DNA from: Patescibacteria group bacterium
GTDB taxonomy: Bacteria; Patescibacteriota; Minisyncoccia; Phycocordibacterales; JAACPR01
Reading direction: 5' to 3'
Assembly (NCBI GenBank): GCA_022711495.1
Contig: JAKLEX010000001.1
Span: 502,882-554,705, forward strand
Length of the DNA: 51,824 bases
The position numbers and the translations under genes are program-made. Position 1 is the stretch's first letter; each line of letters starts with the position of its first letter. Of the stretch, positions 1 through 11,448 are shown piece after piece. The notes below the pieces were generated by a model. That model saw only the letters and a program-made list of their open reading frames with translations. It was not told the DNA's origin and made no database searches.

Positions 1-775
1 TTTTTAAATAAGCCCGCGGAACGCCGATGGTTTTGACTTTGTCTGGAATTTCTCCTTCAACCGTCGTGGAATCTTTTTCATCTTTGCCTTTGATGGCGTT
101 AAAAATCAATTCGACATCTTCAACCGACTTGGCAATCGGACCGATAACATCAAGAGAACTGGCCATAGCCATCAAACCGTGTCGGGAAACAGAGCCGTAA
201 GTCGGCTTTAAACCGACAATTCCGTTAAAACTGGCTGGCTGACGAATAGATCCGCCGGTATCTGAACCAAGCGCGGCCAAAGCGCAATCAGTCGCTACGG
301 CCACGGTCGGCCCGCCAGAAGATCCCCCGGCGACTCTTTCCAAATCAAACGCGTTTCTGGTCACGCCGAAAGCCGAATTTTCCGTTGATCCGCCCATGGC
401 GAACTCGTCCATATTGGCTCGGCCGATGAAAATAGCGCCTTGATCAATTAATTTCTGCGCCGCTGTGGCCGTATAAGTCGCTTTATAATTTTCCAAAATT
501 TTTGAAGCAGCACTGGCGATTTTTCCTTCAATTAAGATATTATCTTTTATGGCGAAAGGAATTCCGGTTAATTCTGTTCCCTTTCCGGCATCAATCATCT
601 TCTGTGCGCGAGAAATCTGCTCGGCGATATCGTCATAGATTTCAAGATAAATATTGTATTTTGAATTTTTGGATTGAGCGTTTTCCAAAAAATAGCCGAC
701 AAGCTCTTTAACCGTCACCTTTTTGTCGCGCAATAATTTTGAAGCTTTTGAGATTGTTAGATCTTTAAAATTCAT
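1..775 (-). CDS. gatA: Asp-tRNA(Asn)/Glu-tRNA(Gln) amidotransferase subunit A (3'-truncated by window edge; absent from ORF track)
   Basis: Manual translation from ATG at 775: MNFKDLTISK...IKDNI...ANMDEFAMGGSTENSAFG...GGSSGG...GLKPTYGSVSRHGL. This is the amidase signature, and the gene lies directly downstream of gatC. Confidence 0.96.
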   Translation of the reverse strand, partial: MNFKDLTISKASKLLRDKKVTVKELVGYFLENAQSKNSKYNIYLEIYDDIAEQISRAQKMIDAGKGTELTGIPFAIKDNILIEGKIASAASKILENYKATYTATAAQKLIDQGAIFIGRANMDEFAMGGSTENSAFGVTRNAFDLERVAGGSSGGPTVAVATDCALAALGSDTGGSIRQPASFNGIVGLKPTYGSVSRHGLMAMASSLDVIGPIAKSVEDVELIFNAIKGKDEKDSTTVEGEIPDKVKTIGVPRAYLK

Positions 776-776
776 A

Positions 777-1091
777 TCACAATATTTTCTTAACTTTAAT
801 GTGGTCGCCCTTTCTCTCCGGCGCCGAGGTCAAGATTTTTTCCTTATTGGCGGCACGCGAAGAAGTTTCTTTGTCGGCCCGAAAAACATTGCGAACGCTG
901 GCGCTTTCAAGGCGATTTTTAGTGCCGCTTTCGGCTTCGCCAACGGCGGACTTGTCATCGGAAATAGCATCTTTGATCTGCCCGACATATTTCAGGACTT
1001 CATCAATCTCCTTGGCGGTTTTTGCCAAATTTGATTCGAACATTTCTATCCGAGCCAAATCGGCGAATTTTTTAATATCTGCGGAGTTCAT
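777..1091 (-). CDS. gatC: Amidotransferase subunit C
   Basis: 104 aa, starts with LADLARI-like motif, ends with APERKGDHIKVKKIL; adjacent to gatA. Confidence 0.9.
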   Translation of the reverse strand: MNSADIKKFADLARIEMFESNLAKTAKEIDEVLKYVGQIKDAISDDKSAVGEAESGTKNRLESASVRNVFRADKETSSRAANKEKILTSAPERKGDHIKVKKIL

Positions 1092-1130
1092 AAAAGCTAT
1101 AATAACACGGGCGTTTTAAACTAAAAACAT

Positions 1131-3781
<2,651 letters not shown>

Positions 3782-3783
3782 AT

Positions 3784-4317
3784 TTAATAAATTGGCGCCC
3801 AGCGGAAAATATTTTCTTTGGCCAAAACATCTCGCGGACTGCCATCTTCGGTTTTCCAGCCGACGGTTACGGTCACTTGAACCTCTTGATCGGGAACGAC
3901 CGTATCAATGCTAATTTGGCGATAAAATTTTGAATCTTCACCGGTGAAACCGAACTGGTAGGTGCCGTCTTCTATCTTTAACGGCGACTCCTGGCTGCAA
4001 CCGGTCGGATTCGTATCGCAGGAAAGAATCGTCTCCGTCGTGGTATCAATGGTACAGCTGTCGTCAACGCAGTTTTCTAGTCCATCCAGCCAATCGCTTC
4101 GGGCGATAAAGTTGTTGTCCCGCTTGTTTTTGATGAACTCCAGGGCATCTTGAGCCAAGTAATAAGCAATGGTTTGGTCGCGAGCGATAAATGCCGCCCG
4201 GAGGCCGCTCTGGGCAATAGCCAATGGACCAGTGACAGAAATAAGTAAGATAAAGATGGCTACTAATGTTTCTACCATCGTAAAACCTTTATTTTTTTGT
4301 CCTTTTAAATTAATCAT
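3784..4317 (-). CDS. Type IV minor pilin (PilV-like)
   Basis: KGF|TMVETLVAIFIL class III signal peptide; AYYLAQDALE motif. Confidence 0.8.
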   Translation of the reverse strand: MINLKGQKNKGFTMVETLVAIFILLISVTGPLAIAQSGLRAAFIARDQTIAYYLAQDALEFIKNKRDNNFIARSDWLDGLENCVDDSCTIDTTTETILSCDTNPTGCSQESPLKIEDGTYQFGFTGEDSKFYRQISIDTVVPDQEVQVTVTVGWKTEDGSPRDVLAKENIFRWAPIY

Positions 4318-4867
4318 AAAGGCCCAGGGCTCCGTTAAAGTTAACCGTTCTGGGCGAGATGGTTGTTTGAATACTAAATTCCGATTTTATTCTCGAAGTT
4401 ATTTCAGCATAGCCGTCAACCACCAAGAGAAATCTCGGCTGGCCATTATCTTCGGTATTTATATCTCTTAAAAGGAAGCGCTCTATTTTGATCTGATCGG
4501 AAACTATCGGAAAATACTCGACGCAATCTTCGATATCTTCGTTACTAGATTCGCATTTTTCAATTATGTCTTTTTCATCATCGTGCCGGTAAGTCACGTA
4601 GTTAGTCACGTCGGCCCGCTGGTCCTTGAAACGATAAAGATTGTCATCTGTGCTTATCTTAGTGGCCGTCTTTACCGTTCTGGTAATGCTTTCCAGGGTA
4701 AAGTTTAAATCGTTCATAACCGTAGTAATGGTTTGTGACTTTCTGTTGACATCAACAGTCGTCATAATCGCTCCAAAAGTAATAATTATAACGATAGAGA
4801 AAAGCGCGACGGCCAAGAGAAGCTCAATCAAAGTAAAACCTTGTTTTGTTTTAAATTTCAGCGCCAT
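4310..4867 (-). CDS. Type IV minor pilin (PilW-like)
   Basis: QGF|TLIELLLAVALF class III signal peptide. Confidence 0.8.
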   Translation of the reverse strand: MALKFKTKQGFTLIELLLAVALFSIVIIITFGAIMTTVDVNRKSQTITTVMNDLNFTLESITRTVKTATKISTDDNLYRFKDQRADVTNYVTYRHDDEKDIIEKCESSNEDIEDCVEYFPIVSDQIKIERFLLRDINTEDNGQPRFLLVVDGYAEITSRIKSEFSIQTTISPRTVNFNGALGLYD

Positions 4868-5588
4868 TTAAATTTCTGACCGATATTTGTCCGGAACGTT
4901 TTATAATCACGACCCGACCAGATCCGGAATTTGATCGTAAAATAATACCGGCGTTTCTTTTTGGAATATCCACATCTTCATCGCCGAGACTCTTAACCTT
5001 AATTATGGCATCAGTATAAGGTCGCGCAAAAGTGATGTGAACCTGATTCACGTCTTCATCGGAACAGTTTCCGTTCTCATAATTCACCGGCTCAATATCC
5101 TCTTCCGAAACACAAATTTTTTCAAAAGCGATACCGTGGCTCAAGGAAGCCGTTTGTAAACATTCAAGAGACCCTTCCAAACAAGCGCCGACATCACATA
5201 TCGTGCCCTCCTCGTCGTCATCGCAGAAGCCGTTGCCGGCTGGTTTATCAATATCGGTACCGACCTTCTCGGGATAAGTATCGGCAAATGAAACGAAGTT
5301 GGTGTCGCTGTTATCCAAATCAAAATAAATTCCATATCTGGTATCAAATTGGTCGCGACTCTCCAAACCAGTAGTGCTAGCGGCGCGGACACCCAAACTG
5401 TAGACTTGGGCTTGCCGAATTTCCATCGCCACCTCATAAGCCAGATTGGACATTATTATGTTGCTATTAAAATTTCCGTAATTATAGACGACAACCACTG
5501 TCAAAATTGAGAAAATGGCGACGACAAAAAGCAACTCCAGCAAAGTGAACCCTTTTTTTCTGTTTCTGTTTTGTTCTGACGATTTCAC
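4851..5588 (-). CDS. Type IV minor pilin (FimT/GspH-like)
   Basis: KGF|TLLELLFVVAIF signal; IRQAQVYSLGV motif; several Cys. Confidence 0.8.
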   Translation of the reverse strand: MKSSEQNRNRKKGFTLLELLFVVAIFSILTVVVVYNYGNFNSNIIMSNLAYEVAMEIRQAQVYSLGVRAASTTGLESRDQFDTRYGIYFDLDNSDTNFVSFADTYPEKVGTDIDKPAGNGFCDDDEEGTICDVGACLEGSLECLQTASLSHGIAFEKICVSEEDIEPVNYENGNCSDEDVNQVHITFARPYTDAIIKVKSLGDEDVDIPKRNAGIILRSNSGSGRVVIIKRSGQISVRNLNGAEI

Positions 5589-5593
5589 GTTTT

Positions 5594-6403
5594 TTAAAAG
5601 AATATACCTATCCCGATTACGTCTATCCTCAAGAAAAATTCAATGATAGTGCCGATGATCAGAAACGGCGCAAACGGTATTTCAGTCTTCATTGTAATAT
5701 TTTTACGGCCGAGTCTCAATCTTTCTGTCAACATAAAGATGACCGCAAAGACCGCGCCGATCCAAAAAGCCAGAACAACAGCCGAGAGACCGGAAATAAA
5801 TCCCAGGTACCAGCCAATTCCCAAAGCCAATTTGCCATCGCCCAGACCAATCCAGCGACCGGAAGAAATCAGCCACAACGCAAAAAACGGCAGAAACAAG
5901 ATGGGGCCAGATAATAAATTCAAAATTGAAATAGTAGTGTGCGTCGGATAGATAGGATTAGTAATCAAAGCTTGTATCAAAGTCAGGCCAGCGAAAAAAT
6001 AAGACAAGCCATCAGGAATAATTTTGTGTTTAAGATCATACACAAAAATTATGATCAGAGTGGCAAAAATTATGGCGTGCCAAACAAAATACGAAGCGGC
6101 GGCGACGGGCGAACCGATAAATTCCGACGACATCCAGAAAAGCGCCACGAAAAGAAGCCCGGTGAAAAACTCAACGAGCGGATATTGGATAGAAATTCGT
6201 GAGCCGCATTTACGACAGCGGCCGCGCAAGAAAAGCCAGCTCAAAATCGGAATTAGGTCGCGAGCTGATAGTGTTTGGCCACAGCTTAAACAGCCGGACC
6301 GACCATTAATAGAATGCCCTGTATTATAACGGAAAATCACCACATTCAAAAAACTACCTATGATGGTACCAAACAGAAACGAAAAGATCGGGCCAAAAGT
6401 CAT
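5594..6403 (-). CDS. pilD: Prepilin peptidase (A24 family)
   Basis: GSFLNVV, CxxC...CxxC pair, YDLKHKIIPD and GLGDGKL aspartate motifs, IPFAPFL. Confidence 0.95.
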   Translation of the reverse strand: MTFGPIFSFLFGTIIGSFLNVVIFRYNTGHSINGRSGCLSCGQTLSARDLIPILSWLFLRGRCRKCGSRISIQYPLVEFFTGLLFVALFWMSSEFIGSPVAAASYFVWHAIIFATLIIIFVYDLKHKIIPDGLSYFFAGLTLIQALITNPIYPTHTTISILNLLSGPILFLPFFALWLISSGRWIGLGDGKLALGIGWYLGFISGLSAVVLAFWIGAVFAVIFMLTERLRLGRKNITMKTEIPFAPFLIIGTIIEFFLRIDVIGIGIFF

Positions 6404-6502
6404 TGCCGATAATTATAACAAATTTGCAAGATTTCCATAACAAAACACCGCGCAACCCGCGGTGTTTTGGAAACAAATAAACGCAATCAGCAATCTCACT
6501 AT

Positions 6503-6955
6503 TTACGATGCCGTACAAACAGCCGCCGCATCATCTCCTCCCCCAGCCGTACCCTCAATCGCCGCACCAGCAGAATCAACACAGAAGCTAACTGTGTCAT
6601 CAGATATCAGGGTCGCAGAGACTGCCCATGTGTTACCGCCCACGCCAATGGCACATGTAACCGTAGATCCCTTCTCTCCGATCTGAGCGATGGCTCTAAC
6701 AACAGATGTCTCTTCAAAGATACTGGCGGCATCGTCACAGACACCCTCGGCGGCAGCTGCTGCTGTACCATACGAATCATTGTCGTCATAGTAAAGCTCA
6801 GCCGCAGTTCTTATGCCCGACAAATCAGCCTTAATGGCAGCATCATTTCCTTTGTTTCTCGCCGTATTCAAGCTGGCCAAGACAACCGAAGAAAGAATAC
6901 CAATGATCGCGATAACGACCAAAAGTTCAATTAACGTAAAACCTCGTTTTTTCAT
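6503..6955 (-). CDS. pilA: Type IV major pilin
   Basis: KRGF|[23 protein letters not shown]; 150 aa; four Cys including the FCVDS motif; own intergenic region upstream. Confidence 0.85.
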   Translation of the reverse strand: MKKRGFTLIELLVVIAIIGILSSVVLASLNTARNKGNDAAIKADLSGIRTAAELYYDDNDSYGTAAAAAEGVCDDAASIFEETSVVRAIAQIGEKGSTVTCAIGVGGNTWAVSATLISDDTVSFCVDSAGAAIEGTAGGGDDAAAVCTAS

Positions 6956-7103
6956 AATTAATTAATTATTTTAATTTAAAATCAAACTTTAAAGCTTTTA
7001 CCCTCATAGATTTTCTAGAATAATCTACTCGTAAGCTTGGGGTAATTATACCCTCTTGTGCCAAAAAAGAGAAGAAAGACTTGTCCACTACCAAATTAAG
7101 CCC

Positions 7104-8240
7104 CTATTCAATGACTGAAATCCGAATTTGTCTTAGAATCGCTCCAACTGAAGCTATAAATAAGAGTAAAATCACCCAGCCGCCAATCCAAGGGACAAAT
7201 TGTAGGCCAGTCAAGATGATAACGCCAACCGCTGAGCCCTTAAAATCAACCGCCAAGGCGTTGTCCTTCTTAAAGCGGCGTTTAAGAAAATTTCCAATAA
7301 AAATTCCCGAGAGAACCGGCGCGATAATCATGACGAAAATCATGAATAAACCGAAGAGGAACCCAATCGGCAATGCGACCAGACTAATCAGGGCGACAAT
7401 AACAATGATCGGCGACAAAAACAAAGCCAACAAACCGACGCCGATACTTTTCCAAAAAGAGCGCTCCATCAAATCCGCGACTTCTTGAGAGAAAACCTTG
7501 AACATATAAATCAGGAGAAAGGCCAGAATCAGATTTGTTAAAAATCGGAGCAGGTACCAGAAACTTACGAACTTCAGAAGAACTCGTTTAAGGAAACTGG
7601 ACTCACGGATGGTGTTTATTTCATTAAACATGGTCTCACTAAGAAAAGTCGCCCCCTCCTCTTGGCTGAACCTCTGCGGAGCATAATAAGAAAATTGACC
7701 GAAAATTTTTGAATCTTTTCCAAAGTGCAAGTTTTGAGTGGTAACTTCGGTAGCGCCGGAGAGTTCGCCATTGATAGAAACTTTTCCGGCGATGACTTTC
7801 AACTCCGCCGGCGTGTTATTTTCCAGGGCGACTTTGCCACCGATAACAAGAATTTCTTTTTCAATCACGGCCGTGGACAAAATCTTAACTTCCCCGCCCA
7901 AGACAAGAACGTCGCCGGCGATTTGGCCGGAAATTAAGACGTCACCACCAATTATCCTCAAGTCACCGGAAACTTGCCCAGAAAAATCTATCCTGCCGCC
8001 CAACAAAAAAGTGTCACCGGAGATATTTCCGGTAATTTTGACTTCACCGCCGGCGACAACTAAATCCTCCAAAATATCGCCCTCCACGAGAGTTTTTACT
8101 GCGCCGATATACAAATTTTCTGAATACTCTCTTTCAATGCCGATGAGAACTTCCGAATTATTTAGAATTTCCGCCGAGAAAGAGAGCCGTGGCGCAACCA
8201 GTGGAATTAGAAGAAAGATTAATAGAAAAAATCGTTTCAT
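7104..8240 (-). CDS. Bactofilin-like (polymer-forming) beta-helix protein with C-terminal multi-TM domain
   Basis: Signal-like N-terminus from ATG 8240, repeated GG-x-V-x-I-x-G-x-I/V-x-GD units, then about four TM helices. Confidence 0.7.
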   Translation of the reverse strand: MKRFFLLIFLLIPLVAPRLSFSAEILNNSEVLIGIEREYSENLYIGAVKTLVEGDILEDLVVAGGEVKITGNISGDTFLLGGRIDFSGQVSGDLRIIGGDVLISGQIAGDVLVLGGEVKILSTAVIEKEILVIGGKVALENNTPAELKVIAGKVSINGELSGATEVTTQNLHFGKDSKIFGQFSYYAPQRFSQEEGATFLSETMFNEINTIRESSFLKRVLLKFVSFWYLLRFLTNLILAFLLIYMFKVFSQEVADLMERSFWKSIGVGLLALFLSPIIVIVALISLVALPIGFLFGLFMIFVMIIAPVLSGIFIGNFLKRRFKKDNALAVDFKGSAVGVIILTGLQFVPWIGGWVILLLFIASVGAILRQIRISVIE

Positions 8241-8276
8241 ACCTATAAAATAGCACAAATCAACCAAGACTGAAAT

Positions 8277-10799
8277 CTATTTGATCTTCCAGCCGGTCGC
8301 CAGATATTCTTCGGCCTTTTTAAACTTCACCTGAATTTCTTTGCCATCTTTTATCAAAGTCACCTTGTCGTTTCTGCCGAATCTTGAATCAGCGCCGGCT
8401 GATACCTGTTTGCCTAGTGATTCAGCCCGAGCTCCGCTGGTAATTTGAGCGGCTTTAACATTTTCGCGTAATTTTTGCTCGGCTTTTAAGAAGGCGCCGG
8501 CGCCGAGGTTGGGTAAAATATTTATAATCTGTTCATAGATGGCCTCTCTCATGGATTTGAATAACCTAAGCGCCTCTTTTCTATATTCAACTAAAGGATC
8601 GCGTTGACCGTAAGCTCGAAGATTAACGCTTGATCTGGTGTAATCCATCGTCTCCAGATGATCCACCCAGAGCGTATCAATACTCTGCAAAACGACGCGC
8701 CTCAAAGTTTTGTACCACTCGTCTTCGCCGAGAGTTTGTTTTTTTTCTTCAATAATTTTTTCTATTTGCTCTCCGCCCCGCGCGATAATTTCCAAAATCT
8801 CCGCTTCCAACGTCTCACGATTGCCTAGCAAAACTTTACGGCGGCGCTCATAGACCGAAGCTCTTTGCGTGTTCAAAACGCTATCAAATTCAAGCAAATG
8901 TTTTCGGGCATCAAAATGAAAGCCCTCAATTTTTGTTTGCGCGTTTTCCAGAGCGCGAGAAATCATGCGATTCTGGATCGGTTCTTCTTCGGGCAAACCG
9001 AGCTTGCTCATGAGGGTCTTCATGGTCGGCGGAGCAAATATTCTCATTAGAGAGTCATCCAAAGAGACGAAAAATTGTGTCTCGCCCGGGTCGCCCTGTC
9101 GTCCGGACCGCCCTCTTAACTGGTTATCAATTCGGCGAGCTTCGTGGCGCTCAGTACCAACAACAAATAATCCTCCCAAACTTTTAATTTCTTCATATTT
9201 TTGTGAATCAAAAGGTTCACCACCTAACTTAATGTCAACTCCGCGACCAGCCATGTTGGTAGCGATTGTCACTGTGCCCTTTTTACCGGCCTGAGAAATT
9301 ATCTCGGCCTCTTTTTCATGATTCTTGGCGTTCAATATGTTGTGCGGAATGCCATTTTGAGTCAGATATTCGGAGACCAGTTCATTTTTCTCAATTGAAA
9401 CCGTACCGACAAGCACCGGCTGACCTTTTTCATGCAGTTCTTTTATCTTTTTAATTAGCGCCTTAAATTTCCCAGTTTCCGTCTGATAGATTAAATCATT
9501 GTAATCGGTGCGGGCATTGGGCCGGTTAGTTGGAACAACGGCCGTTTCCAACCTATAGACTTTAAAGAACTCCTCGGCGCTGGTTTTGGCCGTACCGGTC
9601 ATGCCGGACAGCTTTTTATACATTTTGAAATAGTTCTGATAAGTAATAGAAGCGAAAGTTCTGGATTCCTGACCGACTTCAATTCCCTCTTTGGCTTCTA
9701 TGGCCTGGTGCAAACCCTCCGACCAGCGACGACTCGGTTGCATTCGTCCGGTAAATTCGTCAACGATGACAATTTTTCCGTCACGGACGACATAATCTTT
9801 GTCTCTTCTAAAGAGGGCTTCGGCGCGAACGGCCGTCTCCAAATGATGAACATATTTAATACCTTTCTCACTATAAATATTCTGGACACCCAACATTTTC
9901 TCGGATTTGGAGATGCCGGAGTCGGTCAAGCCTATTGATCGCGTTTTTTCGTCAACGGTGTAATCTTCATCTTTTTTAAGTTGGCGAGAGATTTTGGCAA
10001 AAACCCCATAAAGATTTTCCGCATCAGCCGATGGCGCAGAAATAATTAACGGAGTTCGCGCCTCGTCAATCAAAATAGAGTCAATTTCATCCACGATGGC
10101 AAAATTATGTTCCCTCTGTCGGAGATTTTCCGGATCGTACTCAATATTGTCTCGAAGATAATCAAAACCAAATTCGCTGTTCGTACCATAAGTGATGTCC
10201 GCGGCGTAAGCTTCTTTTCGCGAAATTGGACGAAGATAGTCATAGATAATATGAAAAAACCCGAAAGCGTCTCTTTCTTCGTCTTGTTTTTCACTGGTGT
10301 GACTTGGATCGTAGACATAAGAGGCCTGCTGGTTAATAACTGCCACGCTGAGACCCAAAAAGTTATAAATTTGTCCCATCCAGACGGTGTCACGACGAGC
10401 CAAGAAATCGTTTACCGTGATGACGTGAACGCCCTTACCAGTTAGAGCATTTAAATAGACCGGCAAAGTGGCTACTAGGGTTTTTCCTTCACCGGTGCGC
10501 ATCTCGGCGATATTGCCGTCGTGAATAACCATTCCTCCTAGGAGCTGAACGTCATAGTGCCTCTGTTTCAAAGTCCGGACAGCGGCTTCGCGAACAACGG
10601 CAAAAGCTTCTGGCAAAATATCGTCCAGAGTTTTACCCTTAGCAAGCTCGGCTCTAAAGAACTGAGTTTTGGCTTTTAACTGCTCATCGCTTAAAGCTGA
10701 AATCTGTTCAGAAAAAGAATTAATCGCCGGAATTTTTGATTCGTATTTTTTCAACAAACGGCGGCCGCCGTCCCCAAAAATTTTTGACAGAAATGACAT
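8277..10799 (-). CDS. secA: Preprotein translocase ATPase SecA
   Basis: MRTGEGKT Walker A, IVDEIDSILIDEARTPLIIS, TNMAGRGVDI, QLRGRSGRQGDPG. ATG 10799 is preferred as start. Confidence 0.98.
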   Translation of the reverse strand: MSFLSKIFGDGGRRLLKKYESKIPAINSFSEQISALSDEQLKAKTQFFRAELAKGKTLDDILPEAFAVVREAAVRTLKQRHYDVQLLGGMVIHDGNIAEMRTGEGKTLVATLPVYLNALTGKGVHVITVNDFLARRDTVWMGQIYNFLGLSVAVINQQASYVYDPSHTSEKQDEERDAFGFFHIIYDYLRPISRKEAYAADITYGTNSEFGFDYLRDNIEYDPENLRQREHNFAIVDEIDSILIDEARTPLIISAPSADAENLYGVFAKISRQLKKDEDYTVDEKTRSIGLTDSGISKSEKMLGVQNIYSEKGIKYVHHLETAVRAEALFRRDKDYVVRDGKIVIVDEFTGRMQPSRRWSEGLHQAIEAKEGIEVGQESRTFASITYQNYFKMYKKLSGMTGTAKTSAEEFFKVYRLETAVVPTNRPNARTDYNDLIYQTETGKFKALIKKIKELHEKGQPVLVGTVSIEKNELVSEYLTQNGIPHNILNAKNHEKEAEIISQAGKKGTVTIATNMAGRGVDIKLGGEPFDSQKYEEIKSLGGLFVVGTERHEARRIDNQLRGRSGRQGDPGETQFFVSLDDSLMRIFAPPTMKTLMSKLGLPEEEPIQNRMISRALENAQTKIEGFHFDARKHLLEFDSVLNTQRASVYERRRKVLLGNRETLEAEILEIIARGGEQIEKIIEEKKQTLGEDEWYKTLRRVVLQSIDTLWVDHLETMDYTRSSVNLRAYGQRDPLVEYRKEALRLFKSMREAIYEQIINILPNLGAGAFLKAEQKLRENVKAAQITSGARAESLGKQVSAGADSRFGRNDKVTLIKDGKEIQVKFKKAEEYLATGWKIK

Positions 10800-10821
10800 G
10801 GATATCCTCCGATAATAGCAC

Positions 10822-10851
10822 AAAAAGCAAAGCCCTCAACTTAGTGAGGGC
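10822..10851 (-). terminator. Intrinsic terminator of the protamine-like gene
   Basis: GCCCTCA-N6-TGAGGGC (10832-10851) followed on the minus strand by TTTGCTTTTT. Confidence 0.65.
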
Positions 10852-10871
10852 CCGGCTCCAAGCATCTGCGC

Positions 10872-10985
10872 TTATCTTCTTCGGCTAGACTTTCTCCTTG
10901 AAGATCTCTTGGCTGATTTCTTTGCCTTTTTTGCAGATCTTTTAGCTGACTTTCTTTTTGCAGCTTTTCTTTTCTTTGCAACCAT
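10872..10985 (-). CDS. 37-aa ultra-basic protamine/histone-H1-like peptide (below ORF-track cutoff)
   Basis: MVAKKRKAAKRKSAKRSAKKAKKSAKRSSRRKSSRRR*; 12 K + 9 R, no acidic residue; A-rich region before ATG; terminator downstream. Confidence 0.8.
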   Translation of the reverse strand: MVAKKRKAAKRKSAKRSAKKAKKSAKRSSRRKSSRRR

Positions 10986-11082
10986 TTTTATTTTGTTAAC
11001 TGATAAAAGTTTTCTTCCCTACTTAATTATCGCAGCATTCGAGCAGACCGAAAGACTTTTTTGAAAAAATATGTGGATAAGT

Positions 11083-11116
11083 TAAATTTTCTCAAAAATA
11101 TTTTTGAGAAAATTTA
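11083..11116. repeat. 34-bp perfect AT-rich palindrome
   Basis: TAAATTTTCTCAAAAAT|ATTTTTGAGAAAATTTA; TGTGGATAA (DnaA-box consensus) lies at 11072-11080. Confidence 0.85.
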
Positions 11117-11124
11117 TTTTAAAA

Positions 11125-11243
11125 AATAAAAATCGCCGCGATTCGCGGCGACTCCTTGCGTCCTGGATTGGCCGGTGAGCGCTAGCTCCAACGAATATCT
11201 TACGTGAGTGCGATACACCGACCAGTCCAAAACACAATCTCAT
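11125..11243 (-). ncRNA. Predicted structured sRNA-1 (22-bp stem, 38-nt loop, terminator hairpin)
   Basis: Arms 11237-11216 and 11177-11156 give 21/22 pairs including 4 G-U on the minus strand (these are mismatches on plus). TGC-TATACT extended -10 at 11256-11248. Terminator UCGCCGCG-AAU-CGCGGCGA followed by a U-tract. Confidence 0.65.
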
Positions 11244-11373
11244 AAAAAGTATAGCAAAATTGTAACAAGGTTACAGCCAGACTTGTGAACATTCTGTTGG
11301 AGATATTTTAAAAAAAATTTATTTGATGATACCCCCGTTCCGGTTAGCCAGAGACATCCGACCGCCAATCACC

Positions 11374-11448
11374 AAAAATGCAAATCCCCGCCGAAGCGGG
11401 GACTTACACAGATATTCGTTCGTGGAGCTATTCGCTCACACTCACGCC
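11374..11448 (-). ncRNA. Predicted sRNA-2, complementary to the loop of sRNA-1
   Basis: Promoter TTGCGC(11481-11476)-N17-TATACT(11458-11453); ends in a GUCCCCGC-UUCG-GCGGGGAU hairpin followed by U-rich sequence. Confidence 0.6.

Noticed and set aside
11082-11243. 53-aa ORF (MRLCFGLVG...) overlapping sRNA-1, as a type I toxin
   Set aside because: The ATG is only 4 nt after the -10, the frame runs through the terminator and palindrome, and there is no TM helix. The G-U pattern is better explained by RNA structure. Not fully excluded.
11125-11243. sRNA-1 as 6S RNA, SRP RNA, tmRNA or RNase P RNA
   Set aside because: Too short for 6S, tmRNA or RNase P, and lacks the SRP domain IV GNRA/CAGG...AGCA motif.
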